From IMG/VR virus record IMGVR_UViG_3300043607_000016, positions 1 to 63,968 of that record: a stretch of 63,968 bases of DNA; one strand, given 5' to 3'. Below, piece by piece: positions 45,645 to 54,004 of this stretch (positions within the stretch are counted from its first letter, which is position 1; each line of letters starts with the position of its first letter). The stretch comes from a virus. Below the pieces are notes generated by a model. The model saw only the letters and a program-made list of their open reading frames with translations, made no database searches and was not told where the DNA came from. Position numbers and translations under genes: made by a program.

Positions 45645-46010
45645 ATGGCGAGAGATGTCAGATACAACGTCGATGAGTTCGTTGAAGAACTGAGGCGGAT
45701 TGATGAGGAGCTGCTACCGGGCGGGGATGATAACGAACCTGCGCGGGAGGCAATTAGGGGCTTGCTAAAGAGCATTCTGATTGATTGTGCCGAGTGCGGG
45801 TGTCAAGCAGAAATCAACTTCAAGCAGAAGATCATAATAATCGATGTTTGTAGGGATAATCATGTCAGGTCTGAGGACACAACCGATAACCGGCTTATCG
45901 AGGATGCTATCGGAGATTTGAAAAGTGGAAAGCATTTGATCTCATGTGCGCCTGGCGATGGGCTGTGCAGGTGTTTTGTAGAAAGGGTTGAGCAGCTTTT
46001 GGAGGCTTAG
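45645..46010 (+). CDS. Hypothetical Cys-containing protein (121 aa)
   Basis: GGTGGAGGTGAG lies upstream of ATG 45645. Confidence 0.55.
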   Translation: MARDVRYNVDEFVEELRRIDEELLPGGDDNEPAREAIRGLLKSILIDCAECGCQAEINFKQKIIIIDVCRDNHVRSEDTTDNRLIEDAIGDLKSGKHLISCAPGDGLCRCFVERVEQLLEA

Positions 46011-46013
46011 GAA

Positions 46014-46628
46014 ATGTCGGATATACCTACGCTAATCAAGCCAATCAAACCCCGCCGACCGAGGACCATCAAGCATAAACCCCGCAAGCCTCGCAAGGTT
46101 CCGCTCGATCAGGTTAAGAATAAACTTGCACGTGATTTGAATGCTGACCCAATCCCAATCATGCCAGTCGATCAGATCGGTCTGCTCCTCCGGGCAATAA
46201 TGGATAATACAACGGCTGATTTGATAAGCATTGAGTATGCTACTAAAGAGATATTTCAGACGCGGGATGCGAACAAGGTTAAGCGCGCGGTGAAGGCTGG
46301 CAGGGTGAGGAGCTATAAGATCGCGGACAGGGTTTTTGTTAGTAGAAGCGATTGCGTAAGGGATAAGGATAATCCAAGTAAGGGCGGGAGGCCGTTTGCT
46401 AAACAGATTGTTGTTTGCGCGGTGTGCGGGAAGAGACTGACCCGGACCAGAAAGAAGAAAATGGTGTTGAGGAAAGGGGCGAATGGGAGCTGGGGCAGGA
46501 TTGCCGAGGCTTACCGCGGGAGTGAAGAGGTGCTGGAAAGTAAGTTGAAGCGGCGAGGGGTGGATATCGGGGAGGTGTTTGTTGCGAGGGTGCCGAGAGA
46601 ATCGGTTGAGGGTGAGAGGGATGAATAG
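46014..46628 (+). CDS. DNA-binding protein with an excisionase/MerR-type HTH (204 aa)
   Basis: ISIEYATKEIFQTRDANKVKRAVKAGRVRSYKIADRVFVSRSD. Basic N-terminus. Confidence 0.4.
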   Translation: MSDIPTLIKPIKPRRPRTIKHKPRKPRKVPLDQVKNKLARDLNADPIPIMPVDQIGLLLRAIMDNTTADLISIEYATKEIFQTRDANKVKRAVKAGRVRSYKIADRVFVSRSDCVRDKDNPSKGGRPFAKQIVVCAVCGKRLTRTRKKKMVLRKGANGSWGRIAEAYRGSEEVLESKLKRRGVDIGEVFVARVPRESVEGERDE

Positions 46629-46936
46629 AAGCGCAGTTCGAGCGTTGTATCTAACCGCTGGCATGGTGTTTGTGATGGCGGTGTGGCTGCTGGGCGTGGA
46701 GGTGTGGAGGGGGTTTTGGTTGCCCTGACTTCTTAGAGATAATTTCAAATCAAATTCAGCTTGAGTTTTTCTACGTGTGGTAGTATCTTCGACAAGACCT
46801 ACCTCGATTCTTGTATGTGTGTGACTGGTGGGGAGGGGGTCATGTACAGACATCCTCCCCAGTTCCACTCTCAGGGAACGACACCATCTAGATTCGAAGT
46901 AGCGCACACATTAAGGTCGAATCGAGGGTCCGCCTT

Positions 46937-47773
46937 ATGTCACGTTCACCTTTTGGGGACGGCAGCACGCGCAATGGATCATTTCAACCACTAACCAAAG
47001 AACAGGAAGCACGAGAATACAGGACCGCAATCGAGCAGGCATGGAGTGGGCATCGCCTGAGTAATATGATCTTCTCGCAGGTCACGGAGATTACCACGTC
47101 CTGCATTGTGAGGCTTGCAATCCCGGATAAGTATCGAGAAGCGGTGAGGATCTTATTTGGCATCTCCAGGGGGTTGCCGGATAAATTCGAATGCAATGAC
47201 TTGAGGACGGCGAGCAGGCTTTTCTCAGCGGAATGGGAAAAGGAGTTGATGAGTAAGGAAACGCTCCGGCGCCGGGCTAGTACGAGGATAAGCGGGTTGG
47301 AGAGATGGCAGATAGAGACTGAGAAGCATGTGATCGAGATAGACAGAGGGACGCAGACAGCAAGACGCGATGATGCCGGATATCCGATATTAGATAATCG
47401 CGGAAACCGAATCCTCGACAGCAGACCGACCGTTTACTCCATGGCTCCCTTCCTTGCAATCCTAACTGGCGTAAAAAATGATATCGAAAACCAAGCTAGA
47501 AACAAGTCACAGGTGTTCGATGTGGTTGATCGTCAGATTATGGTTCAGTTCGGAAAGCTGCCTGACACTCGGGAGAAGAAACGACCCCCAAACCCAGAGA
47601 TAAATTTCCAGACTCGGGACAAGGGAATGAGGACTGGGCTCAAACACCTCGCGGATGCATGTGAAAGAGAGCTAAATGGTAATGGAGACAAGTATTTAGC
47701 TGACTTTCAGACGTGGATTAGCGAGCTTAGGGCGGATCGGATATCCCGAGGCAAGCGGAAATGGCAGGACTAA
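46937..47773 (+). CDS. Hypothetical protein (278 aa)
   Basis: Long ORF followed by an AT-rich, repeat-bearing intergenic region. Confidence 0.6.
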   Translation: MSRSPFGDGSTRNGSFQPLTKEQEAREYRTAIEQAWSGHRLSNMIFSQVTEITTSCIVRLAIPDKYREAVRILFGISRGLPDKFECNDLRTASRLFSAEWEKELMSKETLRRRASTRISGLERWQIETEKHVIEIDRGTQTARRDDAGYPILDNRGNRILDSRPTVYSMAPFLAILTGVKNDIENQARNKSQVFDVVDRQIMVQFGKLPDTREKKRPPNPEINFQTRDKGMRTGLKHLADACERELNGNGDKYLADFQTWISELRADRISRGKRKWQD

Positions 47774-47839
47774 ACAGGGTTAAATCCTACAATCTATTAA
47801 GTTTTATCCCTATAAAGAATACTACATAGGGGGTACATA

Positions 47840-47876
47840 AAACGTCCTATATAATAGATATAATACTAGGACGTTT
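47840..47876. repeat. 10-bp perfect inverted repeat AAACGTCCTA / TAGGACGTTT with a 17-nt AT loop holding two TATAAT hexamers
   Basis: Arms at 47840-47849 and 47867-47876. Flanked by direct repeats CTACATAGGG (47822-47831 and 47898-47907). Confidence 0.6.
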
Positions 47877-47883
47877 CCTTCCT

Positions 47884-47914
47884 CCCTGTGTCGATATCTA
47901 CATAGGGCAGTTTT
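47884..47914 (+). terminator. Candidate intrinsic terminator
   Basis: CCCTGTGT-N8-ACATAGGG (one G-U pair), followed by CAGTTTTGG. Confidence 0.35.
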
Positions 47915-47979
47915 GGGGGTGGTCGGGGGGAGTTTTGGGCGCTGAGGGGAACGATTTGGAACAGTACCCACTCAGGGGA

Positions 47980-48008
47980 TTGACTCTTATTTCAGCCGGG
48001 TGTAGGAT
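47980..48008 (+). promoter_or_regulatory. Sigma70-like promoter (TTGACT-N17-TAGGAT)
   Basis: TTGACT at 47980-47985 and TAGGAT at 48003-48008. It shares GTAGGATGC with the 41880 promoter and lies upstream of AGGAGG and ATG 48056. Confidence 0.55.
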
Positions 48009-48055
48009 GCGGTTGGAATCACGCGAATCATTTTACTCAGGAGGAGCAGAACCAG

Positions 48056-48328
48056 ATGGCAAAATCAGACAAACCAGCATTAGTTAATCAAATCAGGGAG
48101 GCATTGAGTCTTCCGGTGAATGTATCCGCTGATCTGTATCGGCTGCCGATATATACTCTACAAATGATCGGGAAGGCCATCGTCAAAACCGTGGCAGACG
48201 CAGGGACCAATGCGGTTACGGACTATCAGAAGGAAGGGGCCGAGCTTGATGCCGCGCCGTCGTCGGTAGACTCGGAACGGCAACTGGCATCAGACCCGAA
48301 TCCAAATGGCTGCTCATGTGCACAGTAG
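48056..48328 (+). CDS. Hypothetical protein (90 aa)
   Basis: AGGAGG lies upstream of the ATG. Confidence 0.6.
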   Translation: MAKSDKPALVNQIREALSLPVNVSADLYRLPIYTLQMIGKAIVKTVADAGTNAVTDYQKEGAELDAAPSSVDSERQLASDPNPNGCSCAQ

Positions 48329-48357
48329 GCCGCGTCGAGAGTAGGAGGAGATGACTG

Positions 48358-48483
48358 ATGAGCACACCAACAGGACATGAGCACTTCTTTCAATTAGCCG
48401 GGATTGTATTTCTGCCTGATAGTAGCGCAGTCCTTGTGTTGTACTGTAACTGTGGCGAAGCAAAAAGCATAAAGCTGAGCTAA
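48358..48483 (+). CDS. Small hypothetical protein (41 aa)
   Basis: Not in the ORF track. AGGAGG lies 9 nt upstream. The stop TAA lies one nucleotide upstream of the next ATG. Confidence 0.35.
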   Translation: MSTPTGHEHFFQLAGIVFLPDSSAVLVLYCNCGEAKSIKLS

Positions 48484-48484
48484 G

Positions 48485-48795
48485 ATGAGCAAGAATAAGC
48501 ACACACCAGGACCGTGGATAGTCAATCACAACAGCATTGGTGATGCCCATATCGAGAGTGAGCATATGAGCATGGTTGGGCAAATGGGGGTTGGATAATC
48601 GCGGAGGCAAAGGGCAACGATCCTGAACGCCACGCCAATGCTCATCTGATAGCGACCGCTCCAGATTTTTATGAGTCTGTAATCTCAATTCGAGAAAAGC
48701 ATAAGGCGCGCGCCGTCGAGTGCAACTTCACAGACTGTGGTTGTGATTATTGCATTGTGCTTGCGCCAATAATTACCAAAGCAGAACAACAATGA
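48485..48795 (+). pseudogene. HTPGPW-family gene split by a -1 frameshift at a G5 run
   Basis: MSKNKHTPGPWIVNH...MGVG* ends at TAA 48596-48598. The -1 frame reads ...GGWIIAEAKGNDPERHANAHLIATAPDFYES... to TGA 48793-48795, which is ATGA-coupled to the next gene. A sixth G at 48586-48590 would restore one ORF. Confidence 0.65.
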
Positions 48796-49106
48796 GCAAA
48801 AGCAAGAAATCAAACGATCACAACGCAACCGACGCAGAAGCCGCGCGCCTGACCCGCATCACCCTCCGCGCCCTGCTTAAATCCGCGCCCAAGCCCGGCA
48901 CCTGGGTCAGCCTTGGAACATGGACGGACGCAGCGAACTTGGTAGCGACTAGGAACTTAGATGGAGTGCCAGCTACATCAGTCGAGGTGGCGAGGATTCT
49001 AAGAGAGCTGAGATTCGCGGAGAGGCGCACCGGGCAGGACTGGGCAGTATTCGCGGTGACGAAGGCGGGGTTGAAGAGCCTAGAAAGGGCGGGGGATTTG
49101 AAATGA
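48792..49106 (+). CDS. Hypothetical protein (104 aa)
   Basis: ATG 48792 is used. The upstream ORF-track extension overlaps the preceding gene. Confidence 0.55.
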   Translation: MSKSKKSNDHNATDAEAARLTRITLRALLKSAPKPGTWVSLGTWTDAANLVATRNLDGVPATSVEVARILRELRFAERRTGQDWAVFAVTKAGLKSLERAGDLK

Positions 49107-49366
49107 GAGAAGCAGACCTAATCCTGAAACAAATCATATTTAGAAGACCATGTACTGAGCCTATTCAGATGTTGCTACGAGAGGTAGCAGACTTTTTAGA
49201 TACTGCTCCTGATATCGAGGATGTTATAGATGAGGTATTCATCCAGCCTTATGTGTCAGAGCCAACGGCTGAATCCTATCCTGATTGTCTTCAAATGCGT
49301 GAAGCTCGACTGTTCGTTGGGATTTCCTCTGCATTCAATAACACAAAAATAGGGGAACTGGGGTGA
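49103..49366 (+). CDS. Hypothetical protein (87 aa)
   Basis: ATGA overlap with the upstream gene. Confidence 0.55.
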   Translation: MREADLILKQIIFRRPCTEPIQMLLREVADFLDTAPDIEDVIDEVFIQPYVSEPTAESYPDCLQMREARLFVGISSAFNNTKIGELG

Positions 49367-49385
49367 GGGCAGGGGAGGTGCAGAA

Positions 49386-49580
49386 ATGAAAGAGGTGATA
49401 ACATGGCAGCAGGAAATTGATCTACGCCGCGCACGTGAGCGATCTGCCGACGACGCCGTATTCCGAGAAGCATTACGCCTCACTCCGGTACCAAATCAAA
49501 TCGGCATGCTATTCATCTTCCCTGATAGAAGTAACCGATGGCCGCCGGAAGTAATCACGGCGATAGAAAGAGCAAAATGA
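49386..49580 (+). CDS. Hypothetical protein (64 aa)
   Basis: GGGGAGGTG lies upstream of the ATG. Confidence 0.55.
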   Translation: MKEVITWQQEIDLRRARERSADDAVFREALRLTPVPNQIGMLFIFPDRSNRWPPEVITAIERAK

Positions 49581-50101
49581 AAGTCGATATTCGTGGCGAT
49601 GACGGCGAGCCCATCTATCAGCATCAGGTGGATCGTGATCGGATGATGGAAGGCAGCAAGGCTGGATGGCGGGTTTGTAGTGACCCAAAGTGCGGGGTGA
49701 AAATTCAGCCGCATAGTCATCGAGTGCAGAAGGCGGGGGGAGGGGTAGCAATAGACAAAACAGAAACCGCTGATAATACCACCCAAGCCGGGTCTCAAGA
49801 CGCTAGGACTAAAGTTGATGGCTTGCATAGATATAAGGATTCGGTAAGCGGGGAGATTAAAGTCCTGCCACCTGAGTTTATGCCTGCGCATCGGGAGTTT
49901 GGTTGTGGGCCTTATTGCTTGGGTGGGGACCGACCTGAGACGGGCTCTCAGAGCCAATCCCAAGGCGTGGACAAACTTTTAAATATAGAACTGTTGGCAG
50001 TGGGGTATGGATTTAAGTGCGCCGAGATTGGTTGGGACTTGGAACGTACTCAAAGGGAATTCAGAGAAATTATTCGCAGGGGTCGGGAACATGAAAAATA
50101 A
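49577..50101 (+). CDS. Hypothetical protein (174 aa)
   Basis: ATG 49577 forms an ATGA overlap with the upstream stop. Confidence 0.55.
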   Translation: MKVDIRGDDGEPIYQHQVDRDRMMEGSKAGWRVCSDPKCGVKIQPHSHRVQKAGGGVAIDKTETADNTTQAGSQDARTKVDGLHRYKDSVSGEIKVLPPEFMPAHREFGCGPYCLGGDRPETGSQSQSQGVDKLLNIELLAVGYGFKCAEIGWDLERTQREFREIIRRGREHEK

Positions 50102-50411
50102 AAATAAAAGTAAATTGACCTATATTCTAGACGCGAATAAAGCTGCCATCCCCTGTACTGATTTATTCGATTGGGGGCGTTGGATGAAGGATACTGAGAA
50201 ACGACGTGTAGGCGACATCACCATTGATGATGCCCAAATCAGCACGGTCTTTATGGGATTGGATCATAACTTTAGTGGTGGCGAGCCTCTCCTGTTTGAA
50301 ACGATGATCTTCGGCGGGGAGCACGACCAGTATCAGGAACGTTGCTCAACATGGGAACAGGCGGTGGAGATGCATGACCGCGTTGTGAGGATGGTGAAAA
50401 ATGGAAAATAA
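50091..50411 (+). CDS. Hypothetical protein (106 aa)
   Basis: Start lies in the junction cassette ATGAAAAATAA. ...VFMGLDHNFSGGEPLLFETMIFGG... is a motif seen in many phage hypothetical proteins. Confidence 0.55.
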   Translation: MKNKNKSKLTYILDANKAAIPCTDLFDWGRWMKDTEKRRVGDITIDDAQISTVFMGLDHNFSGGEPLLFETMIFGGEHDQYQERCSTWEQAVEMHDRVVRMVKNGK

Positions 50412-51801
50412 GGAAATCGCTAGCCTTGCAGAAGCATTGGTTTTGTCGTTCGCATATGCGGAGAACGGCCTCGCTGAGTTGCTAGCCGAATTTGAAATCA
50501 TCGATGTGGAAAAGACGCGAGTAGTGCCCGGCTTTGGCGGTCTTCAGTGGATCAGCATCGAAGACGGCCTGCTCCGGTCACGCTCTGACGGGGAACATTA
50601 TATCCTCTCGTTCAAAACTACAAGCGAACGTTGGGGCAAACGCATGTCCGAGCGCGGGCTCTATGATAACCAGGGGATCAGTGAGAGCTGGGCGGTGAAG
50701 CAGCAGACAGGCATACGACCTTTGGGGATCAAGATGATCTATTTGCACAAAGGGTATAAGAAGTTCGATCAGGTTACTGGCGATTGGAACTTCGAGAACT
50801 TTCTAACAAGAGGATGGACGGTGCCTGGGATTACTGGCGAGGATCAGGTTTGGAAGTGGAATCAGTATTTCAGTTGTCCTGGGGTTCCGCATACGATGCC
50901 CTCTGGGCGGAAGTGCAAGGGCGATGGCAGTACGAAGAACCACAAGATACCTGATGTGTTTGAGCGGGTTCTGGTTGCGGACCATCGACCGCTGAGTGGA
51001 TGGATCGAGGAGCTTGCTGGGTTGAATGATGAGATGGGGCAGCAGGTTTTGGGAAGGGTGGTAATTAACCCGGAGGTGTACTTTAGATCAGATGAAGATA
51101 TGCAGGAATGGTTTGAGGAGGTAAGCGCGCAGGAGGCACATATTGATATTGCTACCGGGAAGTTTTACCGATTCGATGATGCCAATCAACATAACATCAT
51201 GGTCGGCGAGTTCCCCAAAAACCGCAACGCCTGCACCAACGATTACGGCCGGCTGTGTGGTTTCATTCCGCTGTGCTTCAAGGGGGCAGCCTCAGACCCA
51301 ATCGGCAGCGGGCTTTATCAACTTCGAACAGCGAGCAGCGACAACCCAGAGATCGACCAGTTGAAATGTACCAGCAGGAGCCGCGCGGAAGTCTACCAGC
51401 AGTGTCCGAGGAAGAGGTTCTGGGCGTATGAGTGGATGAAGGGGCAAAGCGTAACCTGTCCCGCTTGTTCTGGGTTTGCGAATGATCATGAGCCTTGCCC
51501 AAATTGCGGACGGGGTGGTTACGTCGCGCATATCGGCGGACTCCAATCCCCCAGCGTCAGCGTCGATGCGGTGATCGGGAGCGCGGTGCATTTGGGACTG
51601 GCGCATCTGTTACGAAATACCACCGACCCTGAAACAAGCTCTAGTGGCTTGTCTGACAGCTTGTTCGCGATCGTGGTCGGAGAGGCGGGCAAGGTTGCAT
51701 ATGACGACTGCCTGGAGAACCTGCCCGAGCAGATCAAGATGGCCACTGAGAACGAGTTGGCGGCGGGGGTTGAGGATATGGCGGGGCTGGGGATTTACTG
51801 A
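50401..51801 (+). CDS. PD-(D/E)XK (Cas4/RecB-like) nuclease-family protein with an unusual motif order (466 aa)
   Basis: DGEHYILSFKT, YDNQGISESW (QxxxY-like) and CTNDYGRLCGFIPLC, followed by a second N-terminal-type signature VYQQCPRKRFWAYEW, then CPAC...CPNC and IGSAVHLGL. Confidence 0.4.
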   Translation: MENKEIASLAEALVLSFAYAENGLAELLAEFEIIDVEKTRVVPGFGGLQWISIEDGLLRSRSDGEHYILSFKTTSERWGKRMSERGLYDNQGISESWAVKQQTGIRPLGIKMIYLHKGYKKFDQVTGDWNFENFLTRGWTVPGITGEDQVWKWNQYFSCPGVPHTMPSGRKCKGDGSTKNHKIPDVFERVLVADHRPLSGWIEELAGLNDEMGQQVLGRVVINPEVYFRSDEDMQEWFEEVSAQEAHIDIATGKFYRFDDANQHNIMVGEFPKNRNACTNDYGRLCGFIPLCFKGAASDPIGSGLYQLRTASSDNPEIDQLKCTSRSRAEVYQQCPRKRFWAYEWMKGQSVTCPACSGFANDHEPCPNCGRGGYVAHIGGLQSPSVSVDAVIGSAVHLGLAHLLRNTTDPETSSSGLSDSLFAIVVGEAGKVAYDDCLENLPEQIKMATENELAAGVEDMAGLGIY

Positions 51802-52022
51802 TGGATTGCAAATTTGAGCTAACCGAACAGCCTTGTATTGATTGCGGAAAACCAACAGGTGAACTAGGGACCTGCGCGGATCATATCTATTGTCCTCAAT
51901 GTAAGCAGGACTATCTTGGGGCGAATGGGGACAACGTGGACTCAAGGGAGTTATTCGTATGGATGGCAGAGAAGGCACCTTATCTTTACTCGGGATTCGA
52001 TGACGGGGATGAAAATGGCTGA
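51801..52022 (+). CDS. Zinc-ribbon protein (73 aa)
   Basis: CIDC...CPQC. TGATG overlap with the upstream gene. Confidence 0.5.
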   Translation: MDCKFELTEQPCIDCGKPTGELGTCADHIYCPQCKQDYLGANGDNVDSRELFVWMAEKAPYLYSGFDDGDENG

Positions 52023-52063
52023 GTAGGCAGTAGGGCTGGGGATTACATTAAGGGGGATATTTC

Positions 52064-52285
52064 ATGACTACAAAATCACAGACAATCGAACGCCTAGCCG
52101 AGTGCATATTCGACGCCCAAGTTGAGGCTGCAATCGACGCTCGAACGCCATCATCGTACTATCGCGAGATCGAGGTCAGAACGAATGGGACTGCGGGGGC
52201 ATTCGAGAGCGAATACTTTGACGCGATTCCAGAAGCGGTGAAGGAATCATTCAGGGAACGTGCTGCATTAGACATGACATGGTGA
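52064..52285 (+). CDS. Hypothetical protein (73 aa)
   Basis: GGGGGA lies upstream of the ATG. Confidence 0.5.
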   Translation: MTTKSQTIERLAECIFDAQVEAAIDARTPSSYYREIEVRTNGTAGAFESEYFDAIPEAVKESFRERAALDMTW

Positions 52286-52500
52286 GCATAATGGAGCTTC
52301 AAATTATTCAGGTCTTTCTCGATGTCGCCTTTATAGCTCTTTTCATCCTCAACGGGTTGATGCATCGAGAGATGCAGAAGATAGTTGAACTTTTCAGTCA
52401 GTGTATCCAGCAGGTTAATAAACGCTTGCTTGATTACGAGAGGGGGGAGGCATTAAAAGAATCGAATGACAAAGACCATCAAATACCACCCAAAGCGTGA
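52279..52500 (+). CDS. Small membrane-anchored protein (73 aa)
   Basis: N-terminal hydrophobic helix IIQVFLDVAFIALFILNGL. Confidence 0.45.
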   Translation: MVSIMELQIIQVFLDVAFIALFILNGLMHREMQKIVELFSQCIQQVNKRLLDYERGEALKESNDKDHQIPPKA

Positions 52501-52639
52501 TCCCAAATTCACGATAGTCTACAACCGGAATCGCACGCGCTTTATCCTTGGTGCGGAAGACACCTTTGAGAAGGCTTGTAAAAGGGTTGAGGTCTATAAA
52601 GAAAGCACGCCGCAAGGAATTACCGGGGTTTCATCTTGA
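52466..52639 (+). CDS. Small hypothetical protein (57 aa)
   Basis: Not in the ORF track. MTKTIKYHPKRDPKFTIVYNRNRTRFILGAEDTFEKACKRVEVYKE... Confidence 0.35.
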   Translation: MTKTIKYHPKRDPKFTIVYNRNRTRFILGAEDTFEKACKRVEVYKESTPQGITGVSS

Positions 52640-52674
52640 GGTTTGGAAGCGAGTAGCGATTAGAAGAGGAACCA

Positions 52675-52890
52675 ATGCAAAATAAAAATAAAGACGAAGA
52701 CATCGTTCGAGTCTTGCGTATAGTCGAGTACGTTGGTCCCCGCTCATGGGTTGAGGATCAGGTTAGCAGGTCGATTCAAGGCACGAAGGTTATTGTGGAC
52801 GGGCCGCGGAGAAAGATGATTCATGCTGTGACTATCGGCAGTTATCCAGGGATATTGCAGGGGGAAACAGGAGAGGCAGATGCAAAATAA
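52675..52890 (+). CDS. Hypothetical protein (71 aa)
   Basis: Starts with the ATGCAAAATAA cassette. GAGGAACCA lies upstream. Confidence 0.55.
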   Translation: MQNKNKDEDIVRVLRIVEYVGPRSWVEDQVSRSIQGTKVIVDGPRRKMIHAVTIGSYPGILQGETGEADAK

Positions 52891-54004
52891 AAACACACTC
52901 AGACCGACAGTCCCGCAGCAGGCTCAACAGGCGCAGGCCCAGCCCATAACGCCGCAAACCCATCTGCTCAGAAAGGGCACGCAGACGGCAATCTGGTATG
53001 GGGAGAGCGGAACCGGGAAAACAAGTTGCATCGGCGAAATGGCAAAGCACGTCTATGAAACCACCGGCAAGACAACCCGGATCATCTCCGCTGAACAATG
53101 GACAACGATTCAAAAATGGATCGACGCAGGAATTATCGAAGCAATGGACATTCGTACCTATCCTGACCCCCTGCCCCTTATGCGGCTGATCTACACAGGA
53201 AAGTGGCCTGACAGGGAAGCCGAAAAAAGGCTGCGAGACGGGTCCAAAACAGGGATTATGAAAACCGGCCTTGACGCAAAGGGGAATGAAACCACAGCAG
53301 GATGGGCGTCACATGTGATGCGCCAAGCCGACTGGAGGAACATTGGGCTAGTTGCGTTCGAGGGATTTGATACGTTCTGCGGTTTGGTGATGAATGATTA
53401 TGTGAGAAAGGCGAGGAAGTTCAGCCAGGATTTCGTGGGGAACTTCACGGAAGAGGGTGAGCAGTTCGGAACCCCGGGGCAGAGCCATTTTGGCAGCGTG
53501 CAGAATGTGATCATTGAGCTTATCAACCAGCTACCGAAAGTACGCGCCGACTGGGTGATCTTCACGACCCACGAAGCAAAAGGCGAGGATAAAATCGAGC
53601 GTCAGACGATTATAGGTCCGGGCAGTGCTGGCAAGGCAATCATCAATAAGATCAGTCCACTCGTTGGGGATTTACTTCATTTCGATCTTGATAAGGACGG
53701 AAATCGAGTTGTGTTCTATGACTTTCACGCAAGTGGTATTGGGAATTTGCGATGGCCAGCGAAGGTACGAGTGGACCCCGGAGATATAAACAAGCTGAAA
53801 GACAAATGGAAGGGTGGCTTTTTCCCATTGACCATTCAAGGCGATGAGTATGTCAGCAGCGTGAAAACTTTCTATGAATATATCGGGGAGTTATCGAAGG
53901 ACAGCGCGGGGGCGAAGGCATGGAGGGAGGCGGCGGATAAGAGAAGGGCAGAGGCGCAGGATCAGCTAGGGGAGCCAGTTTCGGGGCAGGCAGGCGGCAA
54001 GTAA
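52880..54004 (+). CDS. P-loop ATPase (RecA/AAA_24-like) (374 aa)
   Basis: IWYGESGTGKTS (Walker A) and LVAFEGFDTF (Walker B-like), within the replication module. Confidence 0.6.
   Translation: MQNKNTLRPTVPQQAQQAQAQPITPQTHLLRKGTQTAIWYGESGTGKTSCIGEMAKHVYETTGKTTRIISAEQWTTIQKWIDAGIIEAMDIRTYPDPLPLMRLIYTGKWPDREAEKRLRDGSKTGIMKTGLDAKGNETTAGWASHVMRQADWRNIGLVAFEGFDTFCGLVMNDYVRKARKFSQDFVGNFTEEGEQFGTPGQSHFGSVQNVIIELINQLPKVRADWVIFTTHEAKGEDKIERQTIIGPGSAGKAIINKISPLVGDLLHFDLDKDGNRVVFYDFHASGIGNLRWPAKVRVDPGDINKLKDKWKGGFFPLTIQGDEYVSSVKTFYEYIGELSKDSAGAKAWREAADKRRAEAQDQLGEPVSGQAGGK

Noticed and set aside
45362-45775. A 137-aa minus-strand ORF in the 45.1-45.6 kb gap
   Set aside because: It is Ser/Leu/Thr/Pro low-complexity sequence and runs antisense to two SD-preceded plus-strand ORFs (45464..45619 and 45645..46010).
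46032-46907. A 291-aa minus-strand ORF
   Set aside because: It is antisense to the SD-preceded plus-strand gene 46014..46628 and has an off-frame-like composition (Pro/Ser/His/Leu-rich). It is a shadow ORF.
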